Below, in pieces: positions 29,948-39,775 of a stretch of 64,000 bases of DNA. Below the pieces are notes generated by a model. The model ran no database searches and was not told where the DNA came from. It saw only the letters and a program-made list of their open reading frames with translations. The stretch is from an uncultured beta proteobacterium (GTDB taxonomy: Bacteria > Pseudomonadota > Gammaproteobacteria > Burkholderiales > Burkholderiaceae_C). The DNA lies in contig CAVZYL010000026.1 in NCBI GenBank assembly GCA_963779435.1, positions 19,779-83,778 on the forward strand, read 5' to 3'. Position 1 is the first letter of the stretch. Each line of letters opens with the position of its first letter. The translations under genes were made by a program, and so were the position numbers.

Positions 29948-31339
29948 TCAAGTCAACACAACGCCGTGCCGGCGCGTCGGCACCCGCATCGTCACCAGTT
30001 CCTCGGCCGCCGTCGGGTGCACCGCCAGCGTCGCGTCGAGATCGGCCTTGGTCGCGCCGAGAGTGAGCGCCACGCCGACCAACTGGATCATCTCGCCGGC
30101 CTCGGCGCCGACGATGTGGCAGCCGAGCACTCGGCCACTGGTGCGCTGCACGACGAGTTTCATCAACGTGCGCTCCTCGCTACCCGCAAAGGCCGCCTTC
30201 ATGCTGCGAAAGAGGGTGCTGTAGATGTCGATGTCGGGATACGCGGCCAGGGCCTGGGTCTCGGTCAGGCCGACTGCGCCGACCTCGGGCGTGGTGAACA
30301 CCGCCGACGGCACCAGGCCCTGCGCGCCCAGGTGCACGTGGCGTGGCGCGATGGCACCGAACACCTGGTCGGCATAGGCCTGGCCCTCGCGGATCGCCGC
30401 CGGCGTCAACTGCACGCGGTCGGTCACGTCGCCGACGGCATGGATGTGCGGCACGCTGGTGCGGCCGTCGATGTCGACGCACACGGCGCCACCGGCATCG
30501 AGCACCACGCCGGCCGCCTCGAGGCCCAGGCCGCTGGTGTTGGGGCGTCGCCCGAGCGCGCGCAGCACGGCGTCGGCTGCGAGCACATGCCCGTTGTCGA
30601 GCTTGGCGGCCAGACCGTCTGCGCCGCGCTCGATGGCGCAAAGGCCGGCACCGGTGACGATGCGAAGACCCTGCGCTGTCAGTTGCGCCTGCAGCAGGTC
30701 GCGCACGTCGTCGTCGAACCCGCGCAGCACCTTGTCGCCGCGCAGCACCAGCGTCACATCGGAGCCAAGGCGGTTGAGCAGGCAGGCAAATTCGAGCGCG
30801 ACGTAGCCCGCGCCCTGCACCACCACCCGGCGTGGTTGCGCGGGCCAGAGGAACAACTCGTTGGAGCTGGCCGCAAGCTCGGCGCCGGGAATATCGGGCA
30901 GCACCGACGGTTGGGCACCGGTGGCGATCAGGATCCGCCGCGCACGATAGCGCTCGCCGCTGGCCGCCAGTTGCACCGTGTTGGCGTCGAGCAGCACTGC
31001 ACGTTCGGGATGCAGCGCAACGCCGTCGCGCAAGAGGTTGTGGGTGTAAACACCCTCCAGGCGCGTGACCTCGGCATGCACCCGATGCAGCAGCGCGGGC
31101 CAGGAGAAAGCGGCCGCACCGGCCAGCGTCCAGCCGAAGCTGGCGGCATCGCCGAAGGCCTGCGCGAAGCGCGAACCCAGGACCATCAGCTTCTTCGGCA
31201 CGCAGCCGCGGACCACGCAAGTGCCACCGACGCGGTATTCCTCGGCCAGCGCCACGCTCGCGCCATGGCGGGCCGCCACGCGAGCGGCACGCACGCCTGC
31301 CGAACCGCCGCCAACGACAAAAAGATCGACCTCACGCAT
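29948..31339 (-). CDS. gor: Glutathione-disulfide reductase
   Basis: 463 aa. It has the FAD motif VVGGGSAG, the redox-active disulfide GGTCVVRGCVPKK, the NAD(P) motif VVVQGAGYVALE and the C-terminal HPTAAEELVTMR. Confidence 0.85.
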   Translation of the reverse strand: MREVDLFVVGGGSAGVRAARVAARHGASVALAEEYRVGGTCVVRGCVPKKLMVLGSRFAQAFGDAASFGWTLAGAAAFSWPALLHRVHAEVTRLEGVYTHNLLRDGVALHPERAVLLDANTVQLAASGERYRARRILIATGAQPSVLPDIPGAELAASSNELFLWPAQPRRVVVQGAGYVALEFACLLNRLGSDVTLVLRGDKVLRGFDDDVRDLLQAQLTAQGLRIVTGAGLCAIERGADGLAAKLDNGHVLAADAVLRALGRRPNTSGLGLEAAGVVLDAGGAVCVDIDGRTSVPHIHAVGDVTDRVQLTPAAIREGQAYADQVFGAIAPRHVHLGAQGLVPSAVFTTPEVGAVGLTETQALAAYPDIDIYSTLFRSMKAAFAGSEERTLMKLVVQRTSGRVLGCHIVGAEAGEMIQLVGVALTLGATKADLDATLAVHPTAAEELVTMRVPTRRHGVVLT

Positions 31340-31402
31340 CGCGCACTCCCGTCAGCTCCGGGCCGGAGCATGCAAGTGTCGCCGGCCGAGCCCCGCTGCT
31401 CG

Positions 31403-32816
31403 TCAGCGCGCCGACATTCCCGTGCGCTCGCCGCCGTCGGCGCCGCTGTAGCGTCTGCCGGACGGCGCCTGGCGCGACTGCGGTTGTTCGCGCAGCGCGG
31501 TGCCGGCCGGGCACATGCCGTTGTCGGCGTGGTATCCGGCGGCGACCAGCAGCGGGTCGCTGGTCGAACCCGTCGCGCGGCCGAAATCCTCGGTGACCAT
31601 GCAAGTCGGCGCAAAGCCGTCGAAGTAGCGGCCCTGGCCGAGCTCGTTGACGCTCTCGAAATTGACCACGCTGTAGGTCGTGCCGCAGCTGTCGTCCTGC
31701 GGCAGGAAGCCCACCGGCTTGCCGCAGGTGGTGTCGCCGATCGCCACCACGTTGACGCCGATGCCGTGCAGCCCATTGACGACCTGTTCGCTGGCCGAGC
31801 AGGTGCGCGGGCCGGTCAGCACGTAGACGGTGGAGAAGCCGGCCCAGGCGGCGGGGTTGCCGAAACGTGAAGTTGCTGTTGTTGGCCCTGTGCTTGTCGT
31901 TGTAGAGCAGCGTGCGCATACAGCTGCCCATGCCGGCGCGCGCCAGCGGCGTAGGAGGCCAGCGTTGCTGCCCACCGAGACCAGGCCGCCACCGTTGTAG
32001 CGCAGGTCGAGCACCAGTTCCTGGATGTTGTGGTTCTTGAAGCTGCGCGAACGCAGCGGCCAGCGGCATGTTGGCCTGGCTGATCATGTCCTTGACCATC
32101 ACGTAACCGAGCGAGCGGCCGTTGAATGTCTGCAGCACCTTCGCGTCCTGCACTGGCGTGAGGGCGTACACCGCGGCCGACAGCACCACCGTGCGGTCAG
32201 TGCCGGCGGCATTGCGCAGCACCAGGGTCAGCAGGTCACCGACGACGTTCGGCGTCAGTGCACTGAAATCGTTGGTGCTGATCAGGCTGCTGGCCGCGAC
32301 GCCGTTGATCGACATCACGCGGTCGCCACGCACGACGCCGGCAACGGCCGCCGGCGACAAGGGCTCGACATAGCGCACGTACAGCGGCAGCATGGGATCC
32401 GGCGCCGGGGTGGTGACTTCGAGCCCGGCCACCGCCACGCCGTAGCCCAGCGTCTGGCCGTCGCCGAAGAAGCGGTTGAAGCTCTCGGTCGACTGGAAGT
32501 TGCTGTAGCGGTCAAAGGGCCACAGCGCACCGCCGCCGTTCGGGATCGGGGCGCCACCAGGATAGATCAGCGCGTCGAAGTAGTCGGCGACCGTGGCGTA
32601 ACCGGCCGGCGACGGGTTTGGGGCGAGCGCGTACCAGAAGTACCAGGCGTCCATGTAGTTGTACAGCCAGTCCTTCACGTCGGCGACGCCACAACTCATT
32701 GGTGGCGCTACCGAACCATTGCCTTGGCTACCACCGCCACCGCCGCCACAGGCGGCCAGCAGCAGCGCTACGGCGCACACCAACGTGCGCCACGATCGAC
32801 GGGCACGGACAGCCAT
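31403..32816 (-). pseudogene. S41-family (C-terminal processing-type) peptidase lipoprotein, reading frame interrupted four times
   Basis: Signal peptide and lipobox ([29 protein letters not shown]) at ATG 32816. The N-terminal two-thirds are in track ORF 31332..32855. The catalytic region (LDLRYNGGGLVSVGS ... VYVLTGPRTCSASEQVVNGL) is in 31403..32014. Single extra bases lie near 32042, 31966, 31942 and 31862. Confidence 0.7.
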
Positions 32817-32936
32817 TTGCGGGTCTCCTCGATAGGGCGGGCGACAAGGTAGCACGACCTAGAATCCCAACAACCCCAGAGACCCTTTGCGCGTTGACAT
32901 CGATTGTGTCGACCTGTGTTGAATCGATCCCCGACC

Positions 32937-35775
32937 ATGACCGAACTTGCCAAGTCCTTCGAACCCGCCGCCATCGAAGCCAGGTGGGCGTCGCTGTGGG
33001 CCGAGCCGGGCCTGTTCGCGCCCACGCTGGACGCGGCCAAGCCGTCGTTTTCCATCCAGCTGCCGCCGCCCAACGTCACCGGCACGCTTGCACATGGGCC
33101 ACGCGCTTCAACCACACGATCATGGATGCGCTGACGCGCTACCACCGCATGCGCGGCTTCAACACCTTGTGGCTGCCGGGCACCGATCACGCCGGCATCG
33201 CGACCCAGATCGTCGTCGAGCGCCAATTGCAGGACGAAGGCAAGAGCCGCCACGACCTCGGGCGCAAGAACTTCGTCGCCCAGGTCTGGGAGTGGAAGCA
33301 GGAAAGCGGCAACACCATCACCGGCCAGATGCGGCGCATCGGCGACACGGTGGATTGGACACGCGAGTACTTCACGATGGACGCGACGCAGTCGGCGGTG
33401 GTCAACGAGACCTTCGTGCGGCTGTATGAGGAAGGCCTGATCTACCGCGGCAAACGCCTGGTGAGTTGGGATCCGGTGCTTCAAGTCGGCGGTGTCGGAT
33501 CTCGAGGTCGAGAGCGAAGAGGAGGATGGCTTCCTCTGGCACATCCGCTATCCGCTGGCCGACGGCAACGGGTCGGTGGTGGTCGCCACGACGCGACCCG
33601 AAACCATGCTCGGCGACACGGCGGTGATGGTTCATCCGGACGACGAGCGCTACGCCGGGCTGATCGGCAAGCGGGTGTCGCTGCCGTTGTGCGAGCGGAC
33701 GATCCCGGTCATTGCCGACACTTATGTCGACCGCGAGTTCGGCACCGGCGTGGTCAAGGTCACGCCGGCGCACGACGCCAACGACTATGCCGTCGGCCAG
33801 CGCCATGGCCTGGCCATGATCGGCGTGCTGACCCTGGACGCCAAGATCAACGACAACGCGCCGGCCGCTTACCGCGGCCTGGACCGCTTCGACGCGCGCA
33901 AACGCGTGGTGGCCGACCTCGAGGCCCTGGGCTTGCTGGTCGAGACCCAGAAGCACAGGCTGACGGTGCCGCGCTGCGCACGCACTGGTCAGATCGTCGA
34001 GCCGATGCTGACCGACCAGTGGTTCGTGGCCATGACCAGGCCGGGCGCCGACGGCGAGTCGCTCGCCGGGCGCGCGATGCGTGCCGTCGAACAAGGCGAC
34101 GTGCGCTTCGTGCCGCCGCAGTGGGTCAACACCTGGAACCAGTGGATGAAGAACATCCAGGACTGGTGCATCTCGCGCCAGCTCTGGTGGGGCCACCAGA
34201 TTCCGGCCTGGTACGGCAGCGGCGGCGAACTGTTCGTGGCGCGCAGCGAGAGCCAAGCGCGAGCCAAGGCCACGGCCACCGGCTATAGCGGAGAACTGAC
34301 GCGCGACGCGGACGTGCTCGACACCTGGTATTCGGCCTCCCAGTTTCCGTTCTCGACCCTCGGCTGGCCGGACAAGACGGTCGAGCAGGATCTGTTCCTG
34401 CCGTCGAACGTGCTGGTCACCGGCTACGACATCATCTTCTTCTGGGTCGCCCGGATGATCATGATGACGACTGCACTTCACCGGCAAGGTGCCCTTTCGC
34501 GATGTCTACATCCACGGCCTGGTGCACGACGCGCACGGCCAAAAGATGAGCAAGAGCGAGGGCAACGTGCTCGACCCGGTCGATCTGATCCAGGGCGTCG
34601 ACCTCGAGACGCTGATCAGGAAGTCCACCACCGGACTGCGCCGGCCCGAGACTGCCCCCAAGGTCGCGGCACGCGTGAAGAAGGAATTCCCGAACGGCAT
34701 GCCGGCCTACGGCGCCGACGCGCTGCGCTTCACGATGGCCAGCTATGCCAGCCTGGGCCGCAACATCAACTTCGACACGCAGCGCTGCGAGGGCTACCGC
34801 AATTTCTGCAACAAGCTCTGGAACGCCACGCGCTTCGTGCTGATGAACTGCGAAGGCCAGGACTGCGGCTTCGCGCCGCACGGCGCAGAGGAATGCGTGC
34901 CCGGAGGCTACCTCGATTTCTCGATGGCCGACCGCTGGATCGTCGGTGAGCTGCAGCGCGTCGAGGCCGCGGTTGCGCAGGGCTTTGCCGATTACCGGCT
35001 CGACAACGTGGCCAACGCGATCTACTCGTTCGTCTGGGACGAGTATTGCGACTGGTACCTCGAGATCGCCAAGGTGCAGATCGCGACCGGTGACGCGGCG
35101 CTCCAGCGCGCCACGCGCCGCACGTTGATCCGCGTGCTGGAGACCGTGCTGCGCCTGCTGCACCCGCTCGCGCCTTTCATCACCGCCGAGTTGTGGGAAC
35201 GCGTCGCGCCGGTGGCCGAGCGCAAGGTGGCGGGTGCGGCGAACAGCATCGTCACCGCGCCCTACCCGGTCTCGCAGCCCGAACGCATCGACGCGAGTGC
35301 CGACGCCTGGATTGCTCAACTCAAGGCCGTGGTCGGCGCCTGCCGCAATCTGCGCAGTGAGATGTCGTTGTCACCGGCCGACCGCGTGCCGCTGCTGGTG
35401 CTCGGCGAAGCCGCGTTCTTCGACACCGCCGCACCACTGCTGAAGACGCTGGCCAAAGTGTCGGAGGTCAAGCGACTGCCCGACGAGGCAGCGTTCGCCG
35501 AGGCCACGCGCGATGCGCCGGTGGCGGTGCAAGGCAACGCGCGGCTGGCACTCGAAGTCCGGATCGACGTCGCGGCCGAGCAGGCCCGCCTGGCCAAGGA
35601 GATCGCACGCCTGCAGGCCGAAGTGATCAAGGCCGAGGCCAAGCTCGGGAACACGGGTTTCGTGGCCCGTGCGCCGGCAGCCGTGGTCGAGCAGGAGCGC
35701 CTGCGTCTGGCCGAGTTCAGCCAGACGCTTCGTCGGCTGGAAGATCAAGCGGCACGTCTGCTGCAGTCGCCTTGA
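32937..35775 (+). pseudogene. valS: Valyl-tRNA synthetase, reading frame interrupted four times
   Basis: [17 protein letters not shown] starts at ATG 32937. The HIGH motif (LHMGHA) is isolated in a 6-codon frame between extra bases near 33089 and 33106. A further extra base lies near 33487 (..[14 protein letters not shown]) and another at 34470 ([21 protein letters not shown]). KMSKS is present ([10 protein letters not shown]). The C-terminal coiled coil ends at 35775. Confidence 0.95.
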
Positions 35776-36697
35776 ACTCGGTGCGTGACGGCGCAGCATT
35801 GGCGGTCAGCAACTCGTCGATGCGCCGCGCCACGGCCCAGGCGCTGCGGATGCGCGATTCGCGCGTCGTCGCCGCCACGCGGGGCGTGATCTGCAGCGAA
35901 TCGATGTCGTGCAACGGCCGTCCAGGATCCATTGCGCCGGGTTCCAGGCTGTCGAACCAGGCGGCGGCCATGCGGCCCGTCGCCAGGACCTCGGCCAATG
36001 CAGCCTCGTCGAACAGGCTCGAATGCGCGATGCTGACCAGTACCTGGTTGGGCTTGCAGAACGGCAGGAAACGCTCGCCGATCAAGCCCTGGTAGCGCGT
36101 GAAGTAGGCCAGCTGCACGCAGACGCCATCGCTCTGCTCCATCAACTCCCGCAGTGGCAGCGGCTCGACGCGCCAGCGGTTCCAGACGTTGTCGGAGGCG
36201 TGCACCGAGGGGTCGTAGCCGATCACGCGCGAGCCGAATGCGGCCAGCAACTGCGCCACGGCGCGTGCGGACGGCACCATGCCGATCAGACCGACCGTCG
36301 CACCACCGAGTTCGCGCCCGACCAACAGGCCTTCGGCATTGACCACCGGAACCCGTCGCAACATGGCCAGCAAGGCGCCAATCATGAATTCGGCTTCGGC
36401 CACGGCGCTGGCGGTGACACTGCGAACGACCTCGACGCCGGCCCGTCCACAGGCATCGAGGTCGATGTTCTCGGCGCCCGAACTCAGGCGCCCGACCGCA
36501 CGCAACACCGGCGCGAAGTGCAGTACTTGCGCGTCCAGCGCCACCGAAGCCGGGATGATCAGCGCGCGGATGTTGAACAACGCCTGACGCAGAGCACGCG
36601 GGTCGCGGGCCAACTCCGGGGCATAACGAACGGCGTGGCGTTCGCCCAGCCATTGCATGACCTCCGGTTCGAGCGGCTCAACGATCAGAACGTCCAT
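35717..36697 (-). CDS. D-isomer-specific 2-hydroxyacid dehydrogenase family protein (PGDH-like)
   Basis: 326 aa with the NAD motif [12 protein letters not shown] and typical N-terminal catalytic-domain segments ([22 protein letters not shown]). The 3' end overlaps the valS 3' end by 59 nt (convergent). Confidence 0.75.
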   Translation of the reverse strand: MDVLIVEPLEPEVMQWLGERHAVRYAPELARDPRALRQALFNIRALIIPASVALDAQVLHFAPVLRAVGRLSSGAENIDLDACGRAGVEVVRSVTASAVAEAEFMIGALLAMLRRVPVVNAEGLLVGRELGGATVGLIGMVPSARAVAQLLAAFGSRVIGYDPSVHASDNVWNRWRVEPLPLRELMEQSDGVCVQLAYFTRYQGLIGERFLPFCKPNQVLVSIAHSSLFDEAALAEVLATGRMAAAWFDSLEPGAMDPGRPLHDIDSLQITPRVAATTRESRIRSAWAVARRIDELLTANAAPSRTEFKATAADVPLDLPADEASG

Positions 36698-36748
36698 GCA
36701 CCTTTCGGGCGGTCTTCACGCCGCACCCGATACCGGTGCGTGCCAGAA

Positions 36749-36776
36749 TTGACCCGTCTCCCCCCGTCACTAGTGT
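36749..36776 (+). promoter_or_regulatory. Candidate sigma70 promoter of galU (TTGACC-16 nt-TAGTGT), which would place the transcription start at or next to the ATG
   Basis: TTGACC lies at 36749-36754 and TAGTGT at 36771-36776. The galU ATG begins at 36783, 7 nt after the -10 element. There is no purine-rich Shine-Dalgarno in the 15 nt upstream. Confidence 0.3.
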
Positions 36777-36782
36777 AAGTAA

Positions 36783-37649
36783 ATGCTAATCAAAAAAGCG
36801 ATATTTCCGGTCGCGGGCCTCGGTACCCGATTCCTGCCTGCCACGAAGGCCCAGCCGAAGGAAATGCTTCCGGTCGTCGATAAACCATTGATTCAGTACG
36901 CGGTCGAGGAGGCGTACGCCGCCGGCATTCGCGAGATGATCTTCGTGACGGGCCGCCACAAGCGGCCGATTGAGGACCACTTTGACATGACGTTCGAGTT
37001 GGAAGTAGCCCTCGAACAAGCGGGTAAGGCGGAACTTCTTCACGTGGTACGCAGCGTCAAGCCCGACGACATGGAGTGCATCTACGTCCGCCAGGCGCAG
37101 GCGCTTGGGCTGGGGCATGCCGTGTTGTGCGGGCGCCGGCTGGTTGGCAACGAACCGTTCGCGGTGTTGCTGGCCGACGACCTGATGGTTGGCCATCCCC
37201 CCGTGCTGGCTCAAATGGTCGAGCAGTACAGGGAGTGGCGGGTTTCGCTGCTGGCGGTACAGGAAGTGCCTGCCGAGCAAACGCAGCGTTATGGCATCGT
37301 GGCCGGTACACCGGTCAATGACCGGCTGGTCAACATCGAGCGCCTCGTCGAAAAGCCAAAACCTGCCGATGCGCCGTCACGCCTGGGCGTCGCCGGGCGC
37401 TACATCCTCACACCGGGCGTGTTCGACGAGATTGCGAACCAGGAACGCGGCGCCGGTGGCGAGATCCAGCTCACCGACGGCATTGCCGCCCTGCTGCGCC
37501 GTGAAAAGGTGTTCGCCTATCGCTACGAGGGTCGGCGCTACGACTGCGGCAGCAAAGAAGGCTTCCTGCAGGCCAATGTCGAACTGGCGCTGGAACACCC
37601 GCAACTCGGGCCGGGCTTTCGCGAGTTCCTGCAATCGCTGAAGCTGTGA
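36783..37649 (+). CDS. galU: UTP--glucose-1-phosphate uridylyltransferase
   Basis: 288 aa. The N-terminal signature is KAIFPVAGLGTRFLPATKAQPKEMLPVVDKPLIQY, and VEKP is present. GC and GC3 are visibly lower than in neighbouring genes. Confidence 0.95.
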   Translation: MLIKKAIFPVAGLGTRFLPATKAQPKEMLPVVDKPLIQYAVEEAYAAGIREMIFVTGRHKRPIEDHFDMTFELEVALEQAGKAELLHVVRSVKPDDMECIYVRQAQALGLGHAVLCGRRLVGNEPFAVLLADDLMVGHPPVLAQMVEQYREWRVSLLAVQEVPAEQTQRYGIVAGTPVNDRLVNIERLVEKPKPADAPSRLGVAGRYILTPGVFDEIANQERGAGGEIQLTDGIAALLRREKVFAYRYEGRRYDCGSKEGFLQANVELALEHPQLGPGFREFLQSLKL

Positions 37650-37654
37650 CCCCA

Positions 37655-37673
37655 GGCGGCGCCTAGCGCCGCC
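37655..37673. terminator. GC-rich hairpin between convergent galU and the tusA-like gene
   Basis: GGCGGCGC (37655-37662) pairs with GCGCCGCC (37666-37673) around a 3-nt loop that is the tusA-like stop codon. Confidence 0.4.
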
Positions 37674-37890
37674 GCAGGTAGTGCACGAACTCCGTCTCGG
37701 CGCTGGTCTGCTCGACGAGTTCGTTGCCCGTCTGCCGGGCAAAGGCCTGGAAGTCACGCACCGAGCCCGGGTCGGTGGCCACGACTTTGAGAACCTCGCC
37801 GCTCTGCATGTCGGCCAACGCCTTCTTGGCCTTCAGGATCGGCAGCGGGCAGTTCAGGCCGCGGGTGTCGAGTTCTTTGGTCGCATCCAT
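37663..37890 (-). CDS. TusA/SirA-family sulfur-carrier protein
   Basis: 75 aa with the active-site Cys motif DTRGLNCPLPILKAKKAL. Confidence 0.85.
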   Translation of the reverse strand: MDATKELDTRGLNCPLPILKAKKALADMQSGEVLKVVATDPGSVRDFQAFARQTGNELVEQTSAETEFVHYLRRR

Positions 37891-38023
37891 GCAGAATCTT
37901 CCTTTGCCAGCGAACCGATTCTAGGTGCGCGCCGCGCGGTCGATGACCCGCGGTGGGCGGCCGCGGCACTCCCGGTCGGCGCCGACGGCCCGGCGCAGCG
38001 CCAGCGCGGCCGATTCGCGACGA

Positions 38024-38929
38024 TCATGCAGGGAACACGCCGGTCGACAGGTAACGGTCGCCTCGGTCGCAGACGATGAAGACGATCGTTGCCTGCTCGA
38101 GTCGCTCGGCCAAACGCAGTGCAACGCAGCAGGCACCTGCCGCCGAAATGCCGGCGAACAGACCTTCCTCGCGCGCCAGCCGCCGCGCCATGTCTTCGGC
38201 ATCCGCCTGGCTGACAAGCACGATCTCGTCGACAAACGTGGCGTCGTAGATCTTGGGCAAATAGGCCTCGGCCCATTTGCGAATGCCAGGGATGCGCGAA
38301 CCCTCGCTGGGCTGCGCGCCGACGATGCGCACCGCAGGATTCTTCTCCTTCAGATACCGTGACACGCCGGTGATCGTTCCGGTGGTGCCCATCGCGCTGA
38401 CAAAGTGCGTGACCTGCCCTTCGGTGTCGTGCCAGATCTCCGGCCCGGTCGTCTCGTAGTGAATGCGCGGGTTGTCGGCATTGGCGAACTGGTCCAACAC
38501 GCGGCCCTTGCCGTCCTCCTGCATCTGCAGCGCGAGGTCGCGCGCGTACTCCATGCCGCCCGAGCGCGGAGTCAGGACCAGTTCGGCCCCCAGCGCCTTC
38601 ATCGTTTGTGCCCGCTCGATCGACAGGTCCTCGGGCATGACCAAGACCATACGGTAGCCGCGGATGGCCGCGGCCATCGCCAACGCGATCCCGGTGTTGC
38701 CCGACGTGGCCTCGATCAGGACGTCACCGGGCGCGATTTCGCCGCGCTCCTCGGCGCGACGGATCATGCTCATTGCCGGCCGGTCTTTCACCGACCCGGC
38801 CGGGTTGTTGCCTTCGAGTTTGCCCAGGATCTGGTTGCCGCGCTGCGCATTCGCCGCGCCCGGTACACGCTGCAGGCGAACCAGCGGCGTCGCGCCGATC
38901 ACGTCTTCGAGGCTCTTGTAGGCAGGCAT
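38024..38929 (-). CDS. cysM: Cysteine synthase B
   Basis: Track ORF 38024..38989, trimmed to ATG 38929, giving 301 aa. The segments KLEGNNPAGSVKDRPA (PLP lysine) and IEATSGNTGIALA closely match enterobacterial CysM. Confidence 0.85.
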   Translation of the reverse strand: MPAYKSLEDVIGATPLVRLQRVPGAANAQRGNQILGKLEGNNPAGSVKDRPAMSMIRRAEERGEIAPGDVLIEATSGNTGIALAMAAAIRGYRMVLVMPEDLSIERAQTMKALGAELVLTPRSGGMEYARDLALQMQEDGKGRVLDQFANADNPRIHYETTGPEIWHDTEGQVTHFVSAMGTTGTITGVSRYLKEKNPAVRIVGAQPSEGSRIPGIRKWAEAYLPKIYDATFVDEIVLVSQADAEDMARRLAREEGLFAGISAAGACCVALRLAERLEQATIVFIVCDRGDRYLSTGVFPA

Positions 38930-39014
38930 GACGCCATTGTGGCAGTCGTCGGCGTTCGTTGCAGGGCGCATGTGATAATCCGCGCCCACGCGCTACCGCG
39001 TGTCCTACTTTCCC

Positions 39015-39099
39015 GCCCGGGTGGCGAAATCGGTAGACGCAAGGGACTCAAAATCCCTCGCCGCAAGGCGTGCCGGTTCGAGTCCGGCCCCGGGCACCA
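39015..39099 (+). tRNA. tRNA-Leu, anticodon CAA
   Basis: 85 nt. The acceptor stem is GCCCGGG/CCCGGGC. The D-arm is GCG-AAATCGGTAGA-CGC. The anticodon stem-loop AGGGA-CTCAAAA-TCCCT gives anticodon CAA. There is a long variable arm (CGCCGCAAGGCGT), a T-arm GCCGG-TTCGAGT-CCGGC, discriminator A and an encoded CCA. Confidence 0.95.
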
Positions 39100-39111
39100 C
39101 GCACCTCCGCC

Positions 39112-39699
39112 ATGCCGCAACTGCCACCGGTCACCAAAGCGCTGATCCTGATCTGCATCGGCGTGTTCTGTGTGCAGCAGTTCGTGCCGCTGACCGCGCT
39201 TCTCGCACTGTGGCCACTCCAGAGCGGCCGCTTCATGCCGTGGCAGCCGCTGAGCTACGCCTTCCTGCACGGCGACACGCTGCACCTGTTCTTCAACATG
39301 CTGGCGCTGTGGATGTTTGGCGCCGAGATCGAGCGCCTCTGGGGCCGCAAGCGTTTCATGCAGTTCCTGCTCGCCAGTTCGCTCGCAGCGGCAGCAGTGC
39401 AACTGTTGTGGACGCTCTTGATCGGTTCGCGTGTACCCACGCTCGGCGCGTCCGGCGCCACCTTCGGCCTGCTGTTGGCCTTCGGCATGCTGTTCCCGAA
39501 CCGCATGATCATGTTGCTGCTGCCACCGATCCCGATGAAGGCCAAGTACTTCGTGGCGATATTCGGTACGCTCGAGTTGGTACTGGGCGTCATGGGCCCC
39601 GGCGGCATTGCCCACTTTGCCCACCTCGGCGGGATGCTCGGCGGCTTCCTGATGATCCGTTACTGGCGTGGACAATTGCCGTTCAGTCGGCGACGCTGA
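39112..39699 (+). CDS. Rhomboid-family intramembrane serine protease
   Basis: Track ORF 39070..39699, trimmed to ATG 39112 (MPQLPPVTKALILICIGVFCVQQ), giving 195 aa. It has the HGD..HL.FNM motif (FLHGDTLHLFFNMLALW), the catalytic Ser in GASGATFG and the catalytic His in AHLGGMLGG. Confidence 0.85.
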   Translation: MPQLPPVTKALILICIGVFCVQQFVPLTALLALWPLQSGRFMPWQPLSYAFLHGDTLHLFFNMLALWMFGAEIERLWGRKRFMQFLLASSLAAAAVQLLWTLLIGSRVPTLGASGATFGLLLAFGMLFPNRMIMLLLPPIPMKAKYFVAIFGTLELVLGVMGPGGIAHFAHLGGMLGGFLMIRYWRGQLPFSRRR

Positions 39700-39775
39700 A
39701 GCCACGATCCGATCGCGGGGATTGCGCGGCGCGCCGAGTCGGCGCATCCTGAGCACTGTCCGCAGGAGGTGCGTG

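Noticed and set aside
19486-35775. Frameshifted polA, thrB, uvrD and valS as genuine pseudogenes or programmed frameshifts.
   Set aside because: Essential single-copy functions are affected. The fragments remain highly conserved with no substitutions to stop codons. The breaks cluster in discrete blocks, and outside the polA block they are uniformly +1 insertions. No slippery heptamers or stimulatory structures are seen at the junctions. Sequence error is more parsimonious, and I flagged this for read-level verification.
35717-35775. 59-nt convergent overlap between the valS 3' end and the 2-hydroxyacid dehydrogenase 3' end.
   Set aside because: Both C-termini read as plausible protein. The overlap may shrink if there is an undetected indel in this error-prone block. 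There is no evidence of a functional antisense arrangement.
39015-39099. tRNA-Leu as an integration site for a genomic island.
   Set aside because: There is no integrase nearby. I noticed no direct repeat of the tRNA 3' end downstream. The flanking genes (cysM, rhomboid) are ordinary chromosomal genes of normal GC.
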